This document shows positions 1 through 12,800 of a stretch of 64,000 nt of DNA, piece by piece (within the stretch, counting starts at the first letter, position 1; each line of letters starts with the position of its first letter). Below the pieces are notes generated by a model. That model was given only the letters and a program-made list of their open reading frames with translations, searched no databases and had not been told where the DNA came from. The translations under genes and the position numbers were made by a program. The stretch covers positions 5,890,001 to 5,954,000 of the forward strand of contig JBHGNT010000020.1 in NCBI GenBank assembly GCA_043228905.1, given 5' to 3'. Source of the stretch: Azolla caroliniana. Its lineage: Eukaryota > Plantae > Polypodiophyta.

Positions 1-66
1 CTCTCTTAGTACTAATCCTCATCTTTTAGTACTAATTCCTTCTCTGTCTTAGTACTGATCCTGACA
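1..66 (+). mobile_element. Right end of a Tcn1-like LTR inserted into the 3' LTR of copia A
   Basis: ...TTTTAGTACTAATTCCTTCTCTGTCTTAGTACTGATCCTGACA matches the reverse complement of 28287-28335. It ends in CA and copia-A LTR sequence follows directly. Confidence 0.75.
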
Positions 67-1552
67 GTTACAATAGAAACTGATTCATTTTCTCTCTATC
101 TCGCTCTCACACACTCTGTACAACGATAATGATGATCAATGACATAATTAACATTGTTTCCCTAGTTATATTTATACTTATATAACTTTAGGACTATTTA
201 CAAATATGACCTCAACGGTCATGTCTAAACATATTTACTAATATGTTCTTATTCGTTGGTTCATATCGGATCCGGTTGGACTCCATCCGGATCCCATCCA
301 AAGGGACCTATTTCCCAACAAACTCCCCCTTCACTCTGGCATGGGATGTCTCGTTAGTTTGATCCGTCTCTGACACGCGTCCAGCTTGTTGGCTGATAGC
401 ATCTTCGTCAGCATGTCTGACCCGTTCTCCTCCGTATGGATCTTTGTCAGTGAAAACTCTTTATCTTCTACCTTCTCCTAGAGCCAATGATATCTCCTAT
501 GGATGTGCTTAGTCCGGGAGTGGTATGTTGCATTCTTCGCAAGGTGGATGACACTTTGACTATCGCAGTGGAGTTGGTATTCCTCCTACCGGATACCTAG
601 CTCTACGATGAAGTCCTTCATCCAGATTACTACCTTGCCAGCTTCCACGGCTACCATGTACTCTGCTTCCGTTGTCGATAGTGCAATGGATTTCTACAGC
701 TTCGACTGCCACGATACGGCTCCCCCTGCATATGTCATGACGTATCCGGATGTACATCGGTTGGTATCTACATCAACCGACATGTCCAAATCGATGAAGC
801 CTTCCAATAGGGGTTTACCAAAGCCAAACCGGAGGCACATACTCGAGGTGCCTTTCAAGTACCAGATTATCCACTTGATCGCGGCCCAGTGTTCTCTTCC
901 CAGATTGCTCATGAACAAGCTGACCACTCCGACGGCATATCCGATATCCGACCGGGTACACACCAGTGCATAGATCAAGCTTCCAACGAGAGAGGCATGT
1001 GGTATCTTCATCATCTCCGACTTCTCTGCCTTTGTCTTCGGGCTCTGCTTCCCGAACAGCTTGTAGTTTGTCAGAAGTGTCGACCCCACCGGCTTAGCAT
1101 CCGACGTCCTGGGGGCTTCACTGTCAAAACTTGTATGATAGCACGTGAGTTCATCAAAGGGGGTTTTAATTAGTTGTTGAGATACAGAATGTATATATAT
1201 AAGGGTATTAATAAATATTTTGAAAATATATTTACATAAGGGTATTTATCAATTATGTTGGAAAAAATAAATTATATAAGCCCATGAAATATTAGATATT
1301 TCAATGAGATAGTAAAGAATATATTATGCATGCATATATGTTACATTCAAACGTTACATCCGTGAATATGTATATACATACATTGCACCCATTTATACAT
1401 GTATTTTGACTAAACATAAATATATGTACAAATATATCTTACCATATGTAAATATGTACATACACATACGTACATACATTACATACTACATACATATTAG
1501 AATCAGCCATATATATTGACATACATATATACATAATACATACATAAAAATG

Positions 1553-2006
1553 GGTTTTACACTAAAAATGGAAGTGTTCGTACATTATCACTGATGTCAT
1601 TACAGTTTTCAGGAGTAAGGAAGGAAGTTCAGCCAATATGGGAGATATTGAGTAGTACCACTGTCTATCACATTTGGAAAGCTCGGTGTTCTCTCGTTTT
1701 CCATAATCTGAAAACACCACCTGCTGAAGTGATTTCAAATATTTGGTTAGAGATAGTTCATGCTTTGAAGGGTCAATGGGATGGTATAGTGGGAGATTCT
1801 GATGCTAAAATTGCTCAACGGCATGAGTTTCTTATTATCTGGACAGCTACTCCATTTGTGACATCCAGGTACACTACTCCTTATTGGCATTTTCAGCCAC
1901 CGAAATGGTTGTTTCCCCCGCCGATTACATAGAGGTTTAAAATCTTGTAATTTGTTTATACTAATGACAGGATATCTTCTTAAAAAAAAAAAAAAAAAAA
2001 AAAAAA
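1553..2006 (+). mobile_element. 5'-truncated L1-type LINE 3' end with poly(A)
   Basis: ORF 1594-1932 with an L1 ORF2 C-terminal-like motif (W..L....YHIWKARC..VF), A25 tail at 1982-2006, TSD TACATACATAAAAATG at 1537-1552 and 2007-2022. Confidence 0.85.
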
Positions 2007-2022
2007 TACATACATAAAAATG

Positions 2023-2725
2023 ACATATTAGATATATACATACACATTCTTACAAGCATATTTTATATATTACATATTACACACATATATTGTTATACAC
2101 ACAATTTTATACAAATGCATACATATATACATTCCAAACACAAAAAAATAAATATTATATGTATACAAATCTTCATACATACATACAAACAAGTTACATA
2201 TATATATATATATATATATACATACATGCACACACGCACGCACGCATAAATAAAATAGATATTGCGTATCATATATGATATAACCATAGTTATTACACAA
2301 TATACAAATTTACATACACATACATACATAAATTACATGTATAAATATATAGATATATTACAGATTTACATATATACATACATACACACACATTAGATAT
2401 ATCATATATGTATACTTACATATACATCGGATATATATACATGCATATTATGTACATATTACAAACATATATCCATATATGAGCCATATACATACTAAAC
2501 ATGAAAAATATCCCAAAAATATACATACAGATATACACATCTATACATTCATACACGTACATACATATCACCATACACACACACACATACACATATATAC
2601 ATACATTAGATATATAGATACATATTATGCACATATTACAAACACGTCCATACACATTGAATCGTGAATATTGACATATACATATATGCATACACATATA
2701 TACATTACATATTCCACATATCACC

Positions 2726-2756
<31 letters not shown>

Positions 2757-4009
2757 TATGTCTATAACGATGTTATAAGTTTTACAAACATACATCTATA
2801 CACATATATACATACATTCCATACATGCATACACATACTTATGTTACATTTGTATATTACATACACATATATATCATCACAAACTACAATACGTACATAT
2901 ATACACACATACATATAAAAATACATTACATATGCATATATTACATCACATATACATTGAATCATGTACATTGACATATGCATACATGCATACACATATG
3001 TACATTCGTGCACGGACATACATGTGTTCATTTATACATTGCTACATATACATACACATACATACATTATATGTAGAGATATTATGCACATATTACAATC
3101 ACACATTCATACACATTGAATCATGTACATTTAAATATGGATATATACATAGACATACATACATACATTACATATGCATATACATATGTACATTCGTACA
3201 TGGACATACATATATTCATTTATACATTGCTACATGTACATAAACATACATACATTAGATATACATGCAAATACATGCATGCATGCATGCATACATTAGA
3301 TATATACATACATATTACAAACAAACATCCACACACACATGTATGCATATATGCATACACATACAAACATGCATACATTGCATATTACATACATACATAT
3401 ATTCATTCACATGTGCACATGCATAAATATAGCTAAAACATCCTATTACATTCTATCATCCATTTACCTAAAACATCTCCGAGAATCTTATCCTTGATTG
3501 TTTCAATTGGAGATGTATCTTTACAATTGTCCTTGGCTTCACACTTGTACGTATTGTGTTGTATATATGTGCATGTGGATGATCGAATGTAATATTCCTA
3601 TACATTTGCACATGTATAGAACATACGCACACAGATAGCACGTACACACATACACACATGTGATACATACAGACATACATACATACATATGCACATATAA
3701 TAAATACCCACATACATGTGCACATATATAGAACATACACACACATACCACATAGACACATTATACATACTCACATGCCATACATACAATATATACAACA
3801 CATGCAATTCAATACATACATACATACAATGAATATATACAATAATGCATTTAATACAATATGGTACAATGCAATACAATATGTACATAGATGCATACAC
3901 ACAACACATACATATATATGCATGCAATACAATACATATGCATATATATATAGAACACAGACACACGTGCTATACATATAATACATGCTTAAGCACATGT
4001 ATAGAACAT

Positions 4010-4046
<37 letters not shown>

Positions 4047-4440
4047 ACACATATATATACATACATACACACATGCCATACATACAACCATGCAATACAA
4101 AACATACATATGCACATAATAGGACAAACACACAAGCACATAACATATAACCTACATACTCACATGCCATACAATATGTACATACATACACACATGCCAT
4201 ACATACAATATATACAATACACTATGCACTTATATACAACATACACACATGCCATACATACAATATATACAATACAATATGTACATATATACAACATACA
4301 CACATGCCATACATACATATGCAATTGTATAGAGCATACACACACACACACACACACACACACAATATACATACATATCCACATGCATAAACACACACAC
4401 GTGTATAGAACATACATAAATAGTACATACACAAGCTATA
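2023..4440. repeat. Degenerate TA/CA/TACA low-complexity tract
   Basis: Continuous imperfect (TA)n, (CA)n and (TACA)n; similar sequence at about 1320-1550 and 6430-6720. Confidence 0.95.
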
Positions 4441-4820
4441 ATGCTCTTTTGAAAATCCTAATTGTTTCAAAAAATGAGGGAAGAAAGGGGGGAGATTACA
4501 TATGTATTGCGTTTTAGCAAAAAAAAGTGGGGGGAAAAAGAAGAAACCGGGGGAGGGAGAGAGAGAGAGAGAGAGAGAAGCATGCAAAAGAAAGAGAAGA
4601 AGAAGAAGAAGAGGGTAAGTCTACATAGAAGGATCAGAGTAAGTCATGTCCAAAAGAGGTACAAAAGAGGCAAAGGATTAGTAAAGGGCAGGGTTTAGGG
4701 TTTAGGGTTTACGGAGAGAGAGAGAGAGAGAGAGAGAGATGCAGGGATGAAATAACCATAGCCAGATCTAGTAACATACATACACATTGATATATATTGT
4801 GTGTCTCAGAGATCGCTATC

Positions 4821-5277
4821 ATGAATCCTTTCTCGCACGCAGTACGACTCCCTTTCACTACCTTGCGCTCGCCCCGGATGCGATTGAAGCTCCCCAACAA
4901 GATAACATATTGTCTCCCATGTTCGTGTTTGTGCTCATCCTTATCACATATTTCATGGTGGTGTCGGGCATAGTGTGTGACGTGATTGTGGAGCCACCGG
5001 GGATTGGTAGGCGGCAATTTCCCATACTAGTGTAGTATGACCTGTCGTCTTCTTGCCTAGATGTGTCAATGGACAATACATCATTGAGGGCCTCTCCTCC
5101 AACTTCATGTTTCTCCTTTGAGTGCCCAGATTTATACTTCTGGACCTCGGTATGAACAAGAACATCATCAGGTCAAATTGAATGGCTTCCATCGATGCCG
5201 CCACCTCCCTCATCTTTGTCTCCAACATCATGTCCATGCTCTTCGTACACATCAAAGTCTACAGGTGCCTTTGGTAG
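4821..5277 (+). pseudogene. OSTC: Oligosaccharyltransferase subunit OSTC/DC2 pseudogene inside the TIR element
   Basis: Across frames: LRSPRMRLKLP..SPMFVFVLILITYFMVVSGIVCDVIVEPPGIG..PVVFLPRCVNGQYIIEGLSSNFMFLL..MSMLFVHIK, recognisable as plant OSTC; frameshifts and stops. Confidence 0.85.
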
Positions 5278-5629
5278 TTCTTATTTTTAGGGCTTTTGTT
5301 TCGAGAGAATTGGATTATAGTGATGAGTTATACAGGAGGACGATGGTGATGCAATCGATTTTTTTCTTCATTTTATGCAATACTAGATTCCTTCTACTTA
5401 GTTTGATTCATTTTAATGCATATACTAAACTAAAAGGACATATTTTTATGGATCTTTTTATTCCTATTGAAACTTAACATTAACATTCTTATTATTGTTT
5501 CACAATGAGATAATCTCATGTCAACCATTGATCATCAAGAGAGAGAGAGAAGGCTCCAAGAGGTGATTTACCTCTTCAAAATGGCCTCCCACTGGCAAAC
5601 AAGGATGTGCAAGATGAGTTACAAGAAAG

Positions 5630-5918
5630 CGGGAGTTTGTTGCCATCCAGATCTAGACCACTTTCTGATGGTTATTGGTTAAGTACCATATGTATAATTA
5701 TCAGTTTTTAATCTTATTCATATGTGTGTATGTATATTTTCATATGCATGATTGTGTTGTATGCCTCTATGAATGATGCACACATGCATTTGCAACATTC
5801 CGTCATAATTTGTGTTTTTGCTATTGTCATATCACAGGCAAGAAAAGCTCTTTTGGTCTTGAGAAGCCTCATGCGGCTTCAAGATGTAATTTACAATAGA
5901 GGGCGGAGATTCCAATGA
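5630..5918 (+). pseudogene. IQ67-domain (IQD) gene fragment with retained intron
   Basis: REFVAIQI*TTF*.. resembles (E)EWAAIKIQTAFRGYL; GT..AG intron 5678-5837; ARKALLVLRSLMRLQDVI resembles ARRALRALKGLVRLQALV. Confidence 0.65.
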
Positions 5919-7789
5919 CAATCGAACAAGAGTTTGTTGTGATCTTTTGTTTGCTACTATCATTTTGATATTGTTATTTTATTCACACAATAGGTTAATC
6001 TTTGGTTTCATATTGTTATTGTATAGGTTTTCAACTCATTGAATGAATGTGGTCGACAAAGAAGTGGTAGAAAATGTATTTTCAAAGTGTGTAGGTTTGC
6101 AAATTTCAGACTAGATGTTCTTGAATAGCAACGTAGGGAGTTAAATACCCAATTTTTCTTAGAGAAAAACTCAGTGTGTTGTTTTTGGGATTGCAATAAC
6201 TTTATGCAGCGAAGTTCTTACTCAAGTTGAATGTTGTGAATTATTCTTGGATATCACATAATATTGTTGTTGTGATATATGCTCTTTTAGATATATCGTT
6301 TTGCACTTACATGAAGCCAAAATATATGCATTGCTACATAGGCATGTTATAGAAGATGGAATGTAATGAAGATCACCTTTAATGCTTAGTGATTTGATGG
6401 TGATCATTCTTTGGTATGAAGACACATGCTCCACACCAACATACATGCAAACAAACATACAAACAAATATTTTAAAACGGAAATAAGGAATAAAATGTAT
6501 TAAAAAGGTGCAAGCAAAAATTAATGTGTTGTAATTCAACTCATACATAAATAAACATGAAATACAATATAGCACATATACTATTATTATATACATACAT
6601 ACATTATTCGCATGCAATACAATACATACAACCCATGCATAAAATATATATAAGTTTACAACATATACAATATAATACAATACAATACATATATAAAACA
6701 TACGTGTGTTTTCTATGCAAGGGCATTTAAAATGAGTAGTTATAAAAATATATATTTACATTAAGGGGTATTTTTATGAACTGTTTTTTTATAAAAGGGT
6801 ATCTAAAATAGTGAAAAATATATGTATAAGGGGTTTATAAAAGATGTCATGAATGCATGTGATATAACCTCTTTAAATATAGTGGAGCCCTCGGGTCCGA
6901 CGTGCTTAATCATTGGAGCACCTTCATCACATACTTCTCCTGTGATAGCCACAATAGCTCCTTCATCCAGTCCCAGACTATGTGCATCCCCAATATCTGT
7001 CTCAACCCAGATCTTTCATCGAGAAGGTTCGGTTCAAGGCCTTCTTCAAATTCCCGATTTTGATTCAGTCTGGTCCGACGATCAGCATGTCATCCACATA
7101 TAGTAAGAGTATCAGGAAGTCGCCTCCGTCAAATTTCTTCATGAACAGTAGTTGGCCTACGTCTTGTGGTATCCCTGATCGGTCATGAAAGAGTTGAACT
7201 TCCGGTACCATTGTCAGGGAGCTTACTTCAGTCCATATAAGCTCTTCTTCAACCGGCACACCAGGTGCTCCTTCCCTTTCTTGACAAATCCTTCCGGTTG
7301 TTGCATGTAGATCTCTTCTTCAAGGTCGCCATGTAGGAACATCTTCGTGACGTCTAATTGCTCTACCTCGAGGTCCATGCTTACCACTATGCTCAACATC
7401 ATCCGGATGGATGTCATATTCACTACCGAGGCAAAGATCTCGTCGAAATCCACTTCTTTCTTCTGCTGGAAACCCTTCACCACAATGCGGGCCTTGTATC
7501 TCGGTGGATTTCCAGCGTCTCCTAGTTTTCTCTTGTACACCCACTTGTTCCGGAGTGCTCTCTTCCCTTTTGACAGCTCCGTCAATTCGTATGTGTGGTT
7601 CTCATGCAGGGAATCCATCTCATCCTGCATGACACTTAACCACTTGCGGCAGTGGGTGTCTTTATTTGCTTCTTCAAAGCTTTCCGGCTCCCCCTCGTCG
7701 GTCAGTAAAACATGCTCTACATCCCGAAATCTCCGAGGGGCCCTTCTCTCTCTTAGAGGGTATCTTCGTCCTTGGTTTTCGACTACCGG

Positions 7790-7965
7790 TTCCTCTGTCT
7801 GTTCTTCATCCGAATCCAATTCGGGATCTTGTCCAGTTCCGGTGTCCGATTCTTCTTCTTCGGTCGATTCAGACGGTTCCTCTGTCTGTTCTTCATCTAA
7901 ATCTGATTCAGTATCTTGTCTGGTTCTAGTGTCCGATTCTTCTTTTTCGGTCGATTCGGTTCTCT
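7790..7965 (-). repeat. About 87-bp tandem duplication in the copia-A integrase-RT linker
   Basis: TTCCTCTGTCTGTTCTTCATC..GTGTCCGATTCTTCT occurs twice and encodes acidic DSDEEQTEEP-like repeats. Confidence 0.7.
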
Positions 7966-9767
7966 GTCCGAATCCAGTCGATTCATCATGATCTTTGGTC
8001 TACATCCGGCTTCCAACCGGATGTGTCCCAACATCTTCCAACCGATTTCTATCGGTCGACCTGGCATCCACTATCTTCTTCTCCAACTCCCAATCGGCAA
8101 TGGTCTTGTCTTCCATGAAGAGTATATCTCGACTCCGGAAAACCTTTCTGTCGACCAAGTCCCGCACTCGGTAGCCGAACTCATCATCGTCGTATCCAAG
8201 GAATATGCATGCTTGGGACTTCGGATCCAATTTCACTCTCTTGTCCTTTGCTACATGCACGTAGACGACACAACCGAACACCTTCAGATGCCGGTAAGAC
8301 ACGTCTTTACCGGCCCATACTCTCTATGGTGTGTCTCCGTCGAAGGGAGTCGAGGGTGATATGTTTATCACATACGTCACCGTCATCAGCGCCTTGGCCA
8401 AAAACATCTTGGAAAACTTAGCATGAGCAAGCATGCTCCAAACTCTCTCCATTACGATCCGGTTCATTCTTTCGGCCAGTCCGTTCAGTTCCGGTGTCAT
8501 TGGCATGGTGAATTCGAGCCGGATTCCCATCAACCAGAATTACTCCTCGAACTACCCCTAGTATTCTCCACTGTTGTCGGCTCCAACTGCCTTCAGCTTC
8601 CGACCAGATTCCTTTTCCACTCTCACATGGAATTCCTTGAAGACGGATAATACATGGTCCTTTGTCTTTAGCGGTGAAACCCACAACTTACAGTTGTGGT
8701 CATCTATGAACGTCACGAAGTACTGCGACCCAGCATGTGACTTCGTGTCCACTTGGTATACATCGATATGCACAGGTTCCAGTGTTGCATTCCGTCTCGA
8801 CGGTGGTCTGGTTCGGAAAGAGGTTCAGTTTTGCTTGCTGGCCAAACAGTCGGTGCACTTCTCAAGTTGCACATCTTTCACCTCTAGAATGAGGTTATCT
8901 TTGGCAAGTCTCTGCATTCCCTTCTGGCTCATGTGACACAACCTCTTGTGCCACAACTCACTGGCAGTGTCGGATGCCACGTTCACTTCTTCCCGGCATA
9001 TATGGGTATGCATCAGATACAGTGTGTTGATTTTCCGAGCTCAAGCCATGATCAAACTCCCTTTGCTGAACTTCATGACTCCGTTCCGGATGCTACCCAT
9101 GTAGCCTTCATCATCCAGCCGACCGGCTCATATCAGGTTCAACCGAACCTCCGGAATGTGTCGGACATCTTTCAACAGCAACTCTCGAACGTTGTCAACC
9201 ACACGTCTCCTATGCCGACAATCTGGCATGCACCTTCATTCCCCATCTGGACACAACCGTGATCTCCGGCTTTGTAGGATGAGAAACACTTTCGGTCAGG
9301 GGTAAGATGGAACGACGCACCGAAGTCGACTACCCGCATCGTTTCGTCGCTAACAAGATGCAACTGAATCTCCTTGGTGATCAGCAACAGGTCTTCTTCA
9401 CTTGTTGCGATTGTCGATGTTCCTCTCCTTTCCGAAATCTTCTTTGGTTCCGGAATATCGGTTCCCCCTTTGGCTTTCCGGAAGTGTTAGCAATTCTTCT
9501 GGAAGTGCCCGGGCTTTCCGCATTAAAAGCAAGTGGGCCTCCCCCTTGACTTCGACCTCGTCCCTGATTTGTCCTGGTTCAGAGGACCTGATTCCGGCCT
9601 CTTCCCTGATTATGGTCGTCTTCCATAACCAAGGCCTTCGGATCGGTTCCGGACTCCCGGTCCTTCCGGAGAGCTTCTTCGTTTAGCAAACATGACTTCA
9701 CTCTCGCTAGGGATAAGTTTTTTCCTTCCAATCTGGCATTGCAAAGAGCAACAACCAATGTCTCCCA

Positions 9768-9852
9768 TGTTGGAAGCAATGTCGTCTGTGCGGAAGATCT
9801 TGAAGCACTCGATTCCTGTTTATTCCCTGTGTATGACAGAATGTAGGTCGTT

Positions 9853-9887
<35 letters not shown>

Positions 9888-12800
9888 AGAGTTTCTATTT
9901 CACAAAGCAATAATACAACAACCAACCTCACAAAGAGGTTACAAGGTCACTATATATAGTGACCGACTTAGGGCAACTACCCTTTATGCTAATTACAAGA
10001 ATGGCCAAATACGAGATAGTGTGAATACGTCCATTATACACATGTATTCGACACTCCCCCGTAATGGGCGTATACATGGGTTATCTAAGATTACAGGTAT
10101 AGACTTAGGTTCTCGGACATATCAGCTTTGTTCGAGTCGGCAGGGTCCGAAGGCAGAAGACCGAACTGGTCGGGTCGGAACAGTTGAAGCCGATCATTAA
10201 GGAACTGATGTCGGTTGTCGGGAACCATCCTGCTCTGTGTCCGGCTCTAACCGGACTGGTTTGTCGTTACGCCCATCTGATGCCGAAGAGACCGAAAACG
10301 GTCTGCCGAGAGACATTTGGTCATTCCATCTGCGACATTATCGGTTGTGGATATTTTCTCTAGACCGATTTTCCCTGAAATGACGCAGTCCCGAACGAAG
10401 TGATATCGAACGTCGATATGTTTGGAGGCGTTGTGGTGAACCGGATTTTTCGACAAGGCAACAGCACCTTGACTGTCGCTGTAGACAACTGGAGCCGAGT
10501 CATGTTCGACTTGTCGAAACGTGTGCGCCAGCCGACCGAGCCACAAAGCTTCTTTTGCTGCGTCGGACGCGGCTACATATTCTGCTTCGGTCGTTGAGGT
10601 CGCTGTGCACTCCTGAAGTTTCGACTTCCACGAGATTGCTCCATTGCCGAATTTGAAGCAGTATCCGGTTGTTGATTTCCGACTGTCTATACAGCCGGCG
10701 AAGTCCGAGTCGGTGTAACCGACTACGCCTGAGGTTCGGTTCGGACCGAAAAGAATGCCATGGTCTTTTGTGCCAACCAGATATCTGAACACATGCTTGA
10801 CTGCGTTCCAATGCGATCGGCCAGGATTGTGCATAAATCTGCTAACGACTCCTACGGCATGAGAGATATCAGGCCGTGTCGCGACCATCAGGTACATAAG
10901 GGAGCCGACTGCCGGTGCATACGGTACCGACTTCATATCTTCCCCCTCCGGACCGGATGTCGGGCAGTCTCGCTGAGAGAGCCGAAGATTCATAGGGAGC
11001 GGGGTTGAAGCAGATTTGGCTGATTGCATGTTGAAGCGTTCCAAGACACGTCCGATATAGTCGGTCTGAGACAAAAAAAGGTATCGTTTGTCGCGATGCC
11101 GACTGATCTTCATGCCGAGTATGTGTCGTGCCGGACCGAGGTCCTTCATGGCAAACTTCAACCGCAGTTGCCGAATGAGATCGGCAAGTTCGCCCGCGTG
11201 GCGTCCAGAAATTAGCATGTCGTCCACGTAAATGATGAGGAAGATGGGTGAACCATCTTGAGCTGTGTTGGTGAAGAGACAATGGTCCTCATCGCTTTTG
11301 GAGAAGCCGATCGATTGGATGAAGTCGTCGAACTTCTTGTACCATTGTCGCGGTGCCTGTTTGAGGCCGTATAGACTCTTCCTGAGTCGGCAGACTAGAT
11401 GTTCTTGGCCGGTGGCCACGAAGCCTTTGGGCTGCTCCATATAAATTTCCTCCTCGAGATCACCATGGAGGAAGGCTGTTTTGACATCTAGCTGAATCAG
11501 CTCCAAGTTGTCGGCTGCCACGACGCCGAGCAGAAAACGAAGGGTTGTCATTTTCACCACTGGTGAAAAAATCTCGTCGAAGTCGACGCCATATTCTTGT
11601 CGGAAGCCCTTCGCAACTAATCTGGCCTTGTACTTTGGGGTGGTCGAATCAGACGTCTCTTTGAGTCGATAAACCCACTTGCAAGGAAGAGCACGTCGGT
11701 TCCTAGGTAATTCGACCAGATCCCAAGTCTTGTTTGCCCGAATGGAGTGCATTTCCGACTCCATCGCCAGATGCCATGTGGCCGAATCGACAGATGTCGA
11801 TGCTTCTTCGTAAGACGTCGGTTCGCCGGCGTCGGTGAAGAAGACTCCAGGAGAATACCTCTCCGGAGGTTGCGACAGTCTCTCGGATCGTCGAGGCATG
11901 ATTGGACTGGTCGCATCGGGTATCGTGGTCGGATGGTCCGAAAGCGGATTGGTCTGCTGTGCCGAGTCGGAGTTGTCCGAGTCGGTAGTGTAAGGTTCAG
12001 CTACCCGTGAAGCTGACCGTGTGTTGAGAGCGGGGCCTTCTTGAAGGGTCGGCACATCGGAAAATGTTACCCTTCGGACTTCGATCGGTTTTTCGACTGA
12101 TGGATTCATAGCCGACTCGTTGAACACAACGTCCGAACTTCGAACGATTTGTCTGCGTTCGGGGTCCCAGAGTCGGTATCCCATTTCGCCGTCAGATCCA
12201 TATCCAAGGAAAATGCATTTCCTGGACCGAGGTGCAAGTTTTCGGCGATCATCTTTCGGAATAAGGGCGTACGCCTCGCATCCGAAGATCCTCAGCTTGT
12301 CGTAATTCGGCTTACTGCCGATCCATAGTTCCTGAGGAATTTGAAGTCCTAGAGGTCTACTTGGCGACATATTGATTATGTGTACTGCCGTGAGTAGAGC
12401 CTCTGCCCAGAAGCCATCCGACAGTCCGGAGTGTTGGAGCATGGAAACTATCCGTTCTTGGATTGTCCGATTCATGCGTTCGGCAATCCCGTTTTGCTCC
12501 GGACTGTGTGGTGCCGTAAATTCACGTCGGATGCCGCGTTGTCGGCAGAATTTGACGAATTCTTCGGATTTGAACTCTCCCCCATTGTCTGTCCGAAGGC
12601 ATTTCAGCTTTCGGTCGGTTTGATTTTCTATCATAGCGAGCCAATCGGTGAAGATCGAGAAGACCCGATCTTTGGTGCGAATTGGATAAGCCCACACCTT
12701 TCGAGTCGAATCGTCAATAAAAGTGACGAAGTAAGAGGCACCACCGAGAGACTGATGCGGCATTGGGCCACAGACGTCCGAGTGGACCAAATCGAGAGGT

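Larger units (their letters stand above)
1108..6895. mobile_element. Non-autonomous TIR DNA transposon (Pack-type) with 8-bp TSD
   Basis: TSD TCCGACGT at 1100-1107 and 6896-6903. Termini CCTGGGGGCTTCACTGT and (reverse complement) CCCGAGGGCTCCACTAT match 13/17, all mismatches transitions. Removing the element rejoins the copia RT sequence (..STSDAKPVGSTL). Confidence 0.85.

Noticed and set aside
2070-4700. Many C/V/Y/H/T-rich ORFs
   Set aside because: Translations of TA/CA microsatellite sequence, not genes.
4690-4710. Interstitial telomere or chromosome-healing site
   Set aside because: Only about three units, typical of telo-box motifs, and inside a transposon.
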